A stretch of DNA of 63,870 bases, filler included, from Olpidium bornovanus S191 (Eukaryota; Fungi; Olpidiomycota): assembly GCA_017911155.1 (NCBI GenBank). It is 31 parts of 31 records of this genome, joined end to end, with 100 filler letters (N's around TTAATTAATTAA, not from the genome) between each part and the next. Parts side by side here need not be neighbours in the genome. Positions count along the whole stretch, not along the records: positions 62,806 to 63,870 come from JAEFCI010008614.1; 30 more parts are not named here. One strand, 5' to 3'. The notes below the pieces were generated by a model. That model searched no databases and had not been told where the DNA came from. It saw nothing but the letters and a program-made list of their open reading frames with translations. Positions 63,812 through 63,870 of this stretch are shown piece by piece. How positions within the stretch are numbered: position 1 is the first letter of the stretch; the number at the start of each line of letters is the position of its first letter. The position numbers and the translations under genes were made by a program.

Positions 63812-63870
63812 CGGATGAGAGTACGCTTCGAAGGAGGGCGTCGAAGAGTGTGGGCTAAAACAAAGACATG

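Overview
This window is not contiguous genome. It is 31 short contigs (about 1-4.3 kb each) joined by 30 artificial 100-nt spacers (N44-TTAATTAATTAA-N44), so adjacency between contigs has no biological meaning. The DNA is GC-rich, intron-rich and eukaryotic, with many homopolymer tracts. It carries typical fungal genes (Mim1/Tom13, Vtc1, Tvp23, Snx41/Atg20-type sorting nexin, epsin, Sac3, fungal-type enolase) together with cilium/flagellum-associated genes (NPHP4, IQCH). That combination points to a zoosporic, early-diverging fungus; an Olpidium-like organism is a guess, not a demonstrated result. About 20 partial spliced genes can be named, plus decayed Ty3/gypsy and Ty1/copia fragments and several tandem repeats. 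No rRNA, tRNA, CRISPR array or prokaryotic system is supported. The most notable signals are: (1) a relaxed splice code, with three frame-required GC-AG introns, one apparent GG-AG intron, many GTT- donors, and poly(A) tracts directly before several acceptor AGs; (2) flagellar transition-zone and IQCH genes in a fungus; (3) strong enrichment of CATG at contig ends (21 of 62 exact, 5 more within 2 nt), suggesting an NlaIII-type library; (4) a ~180-bp satellite-like repeat, an intronic (T5-7CA)n array, and an orphan protein with two repeat families. I did not find a clearly new multi-gene system, and the fragmentation makes one hard to detect. All protein assignments come from manual translation and remembered family motifs, not database searches.
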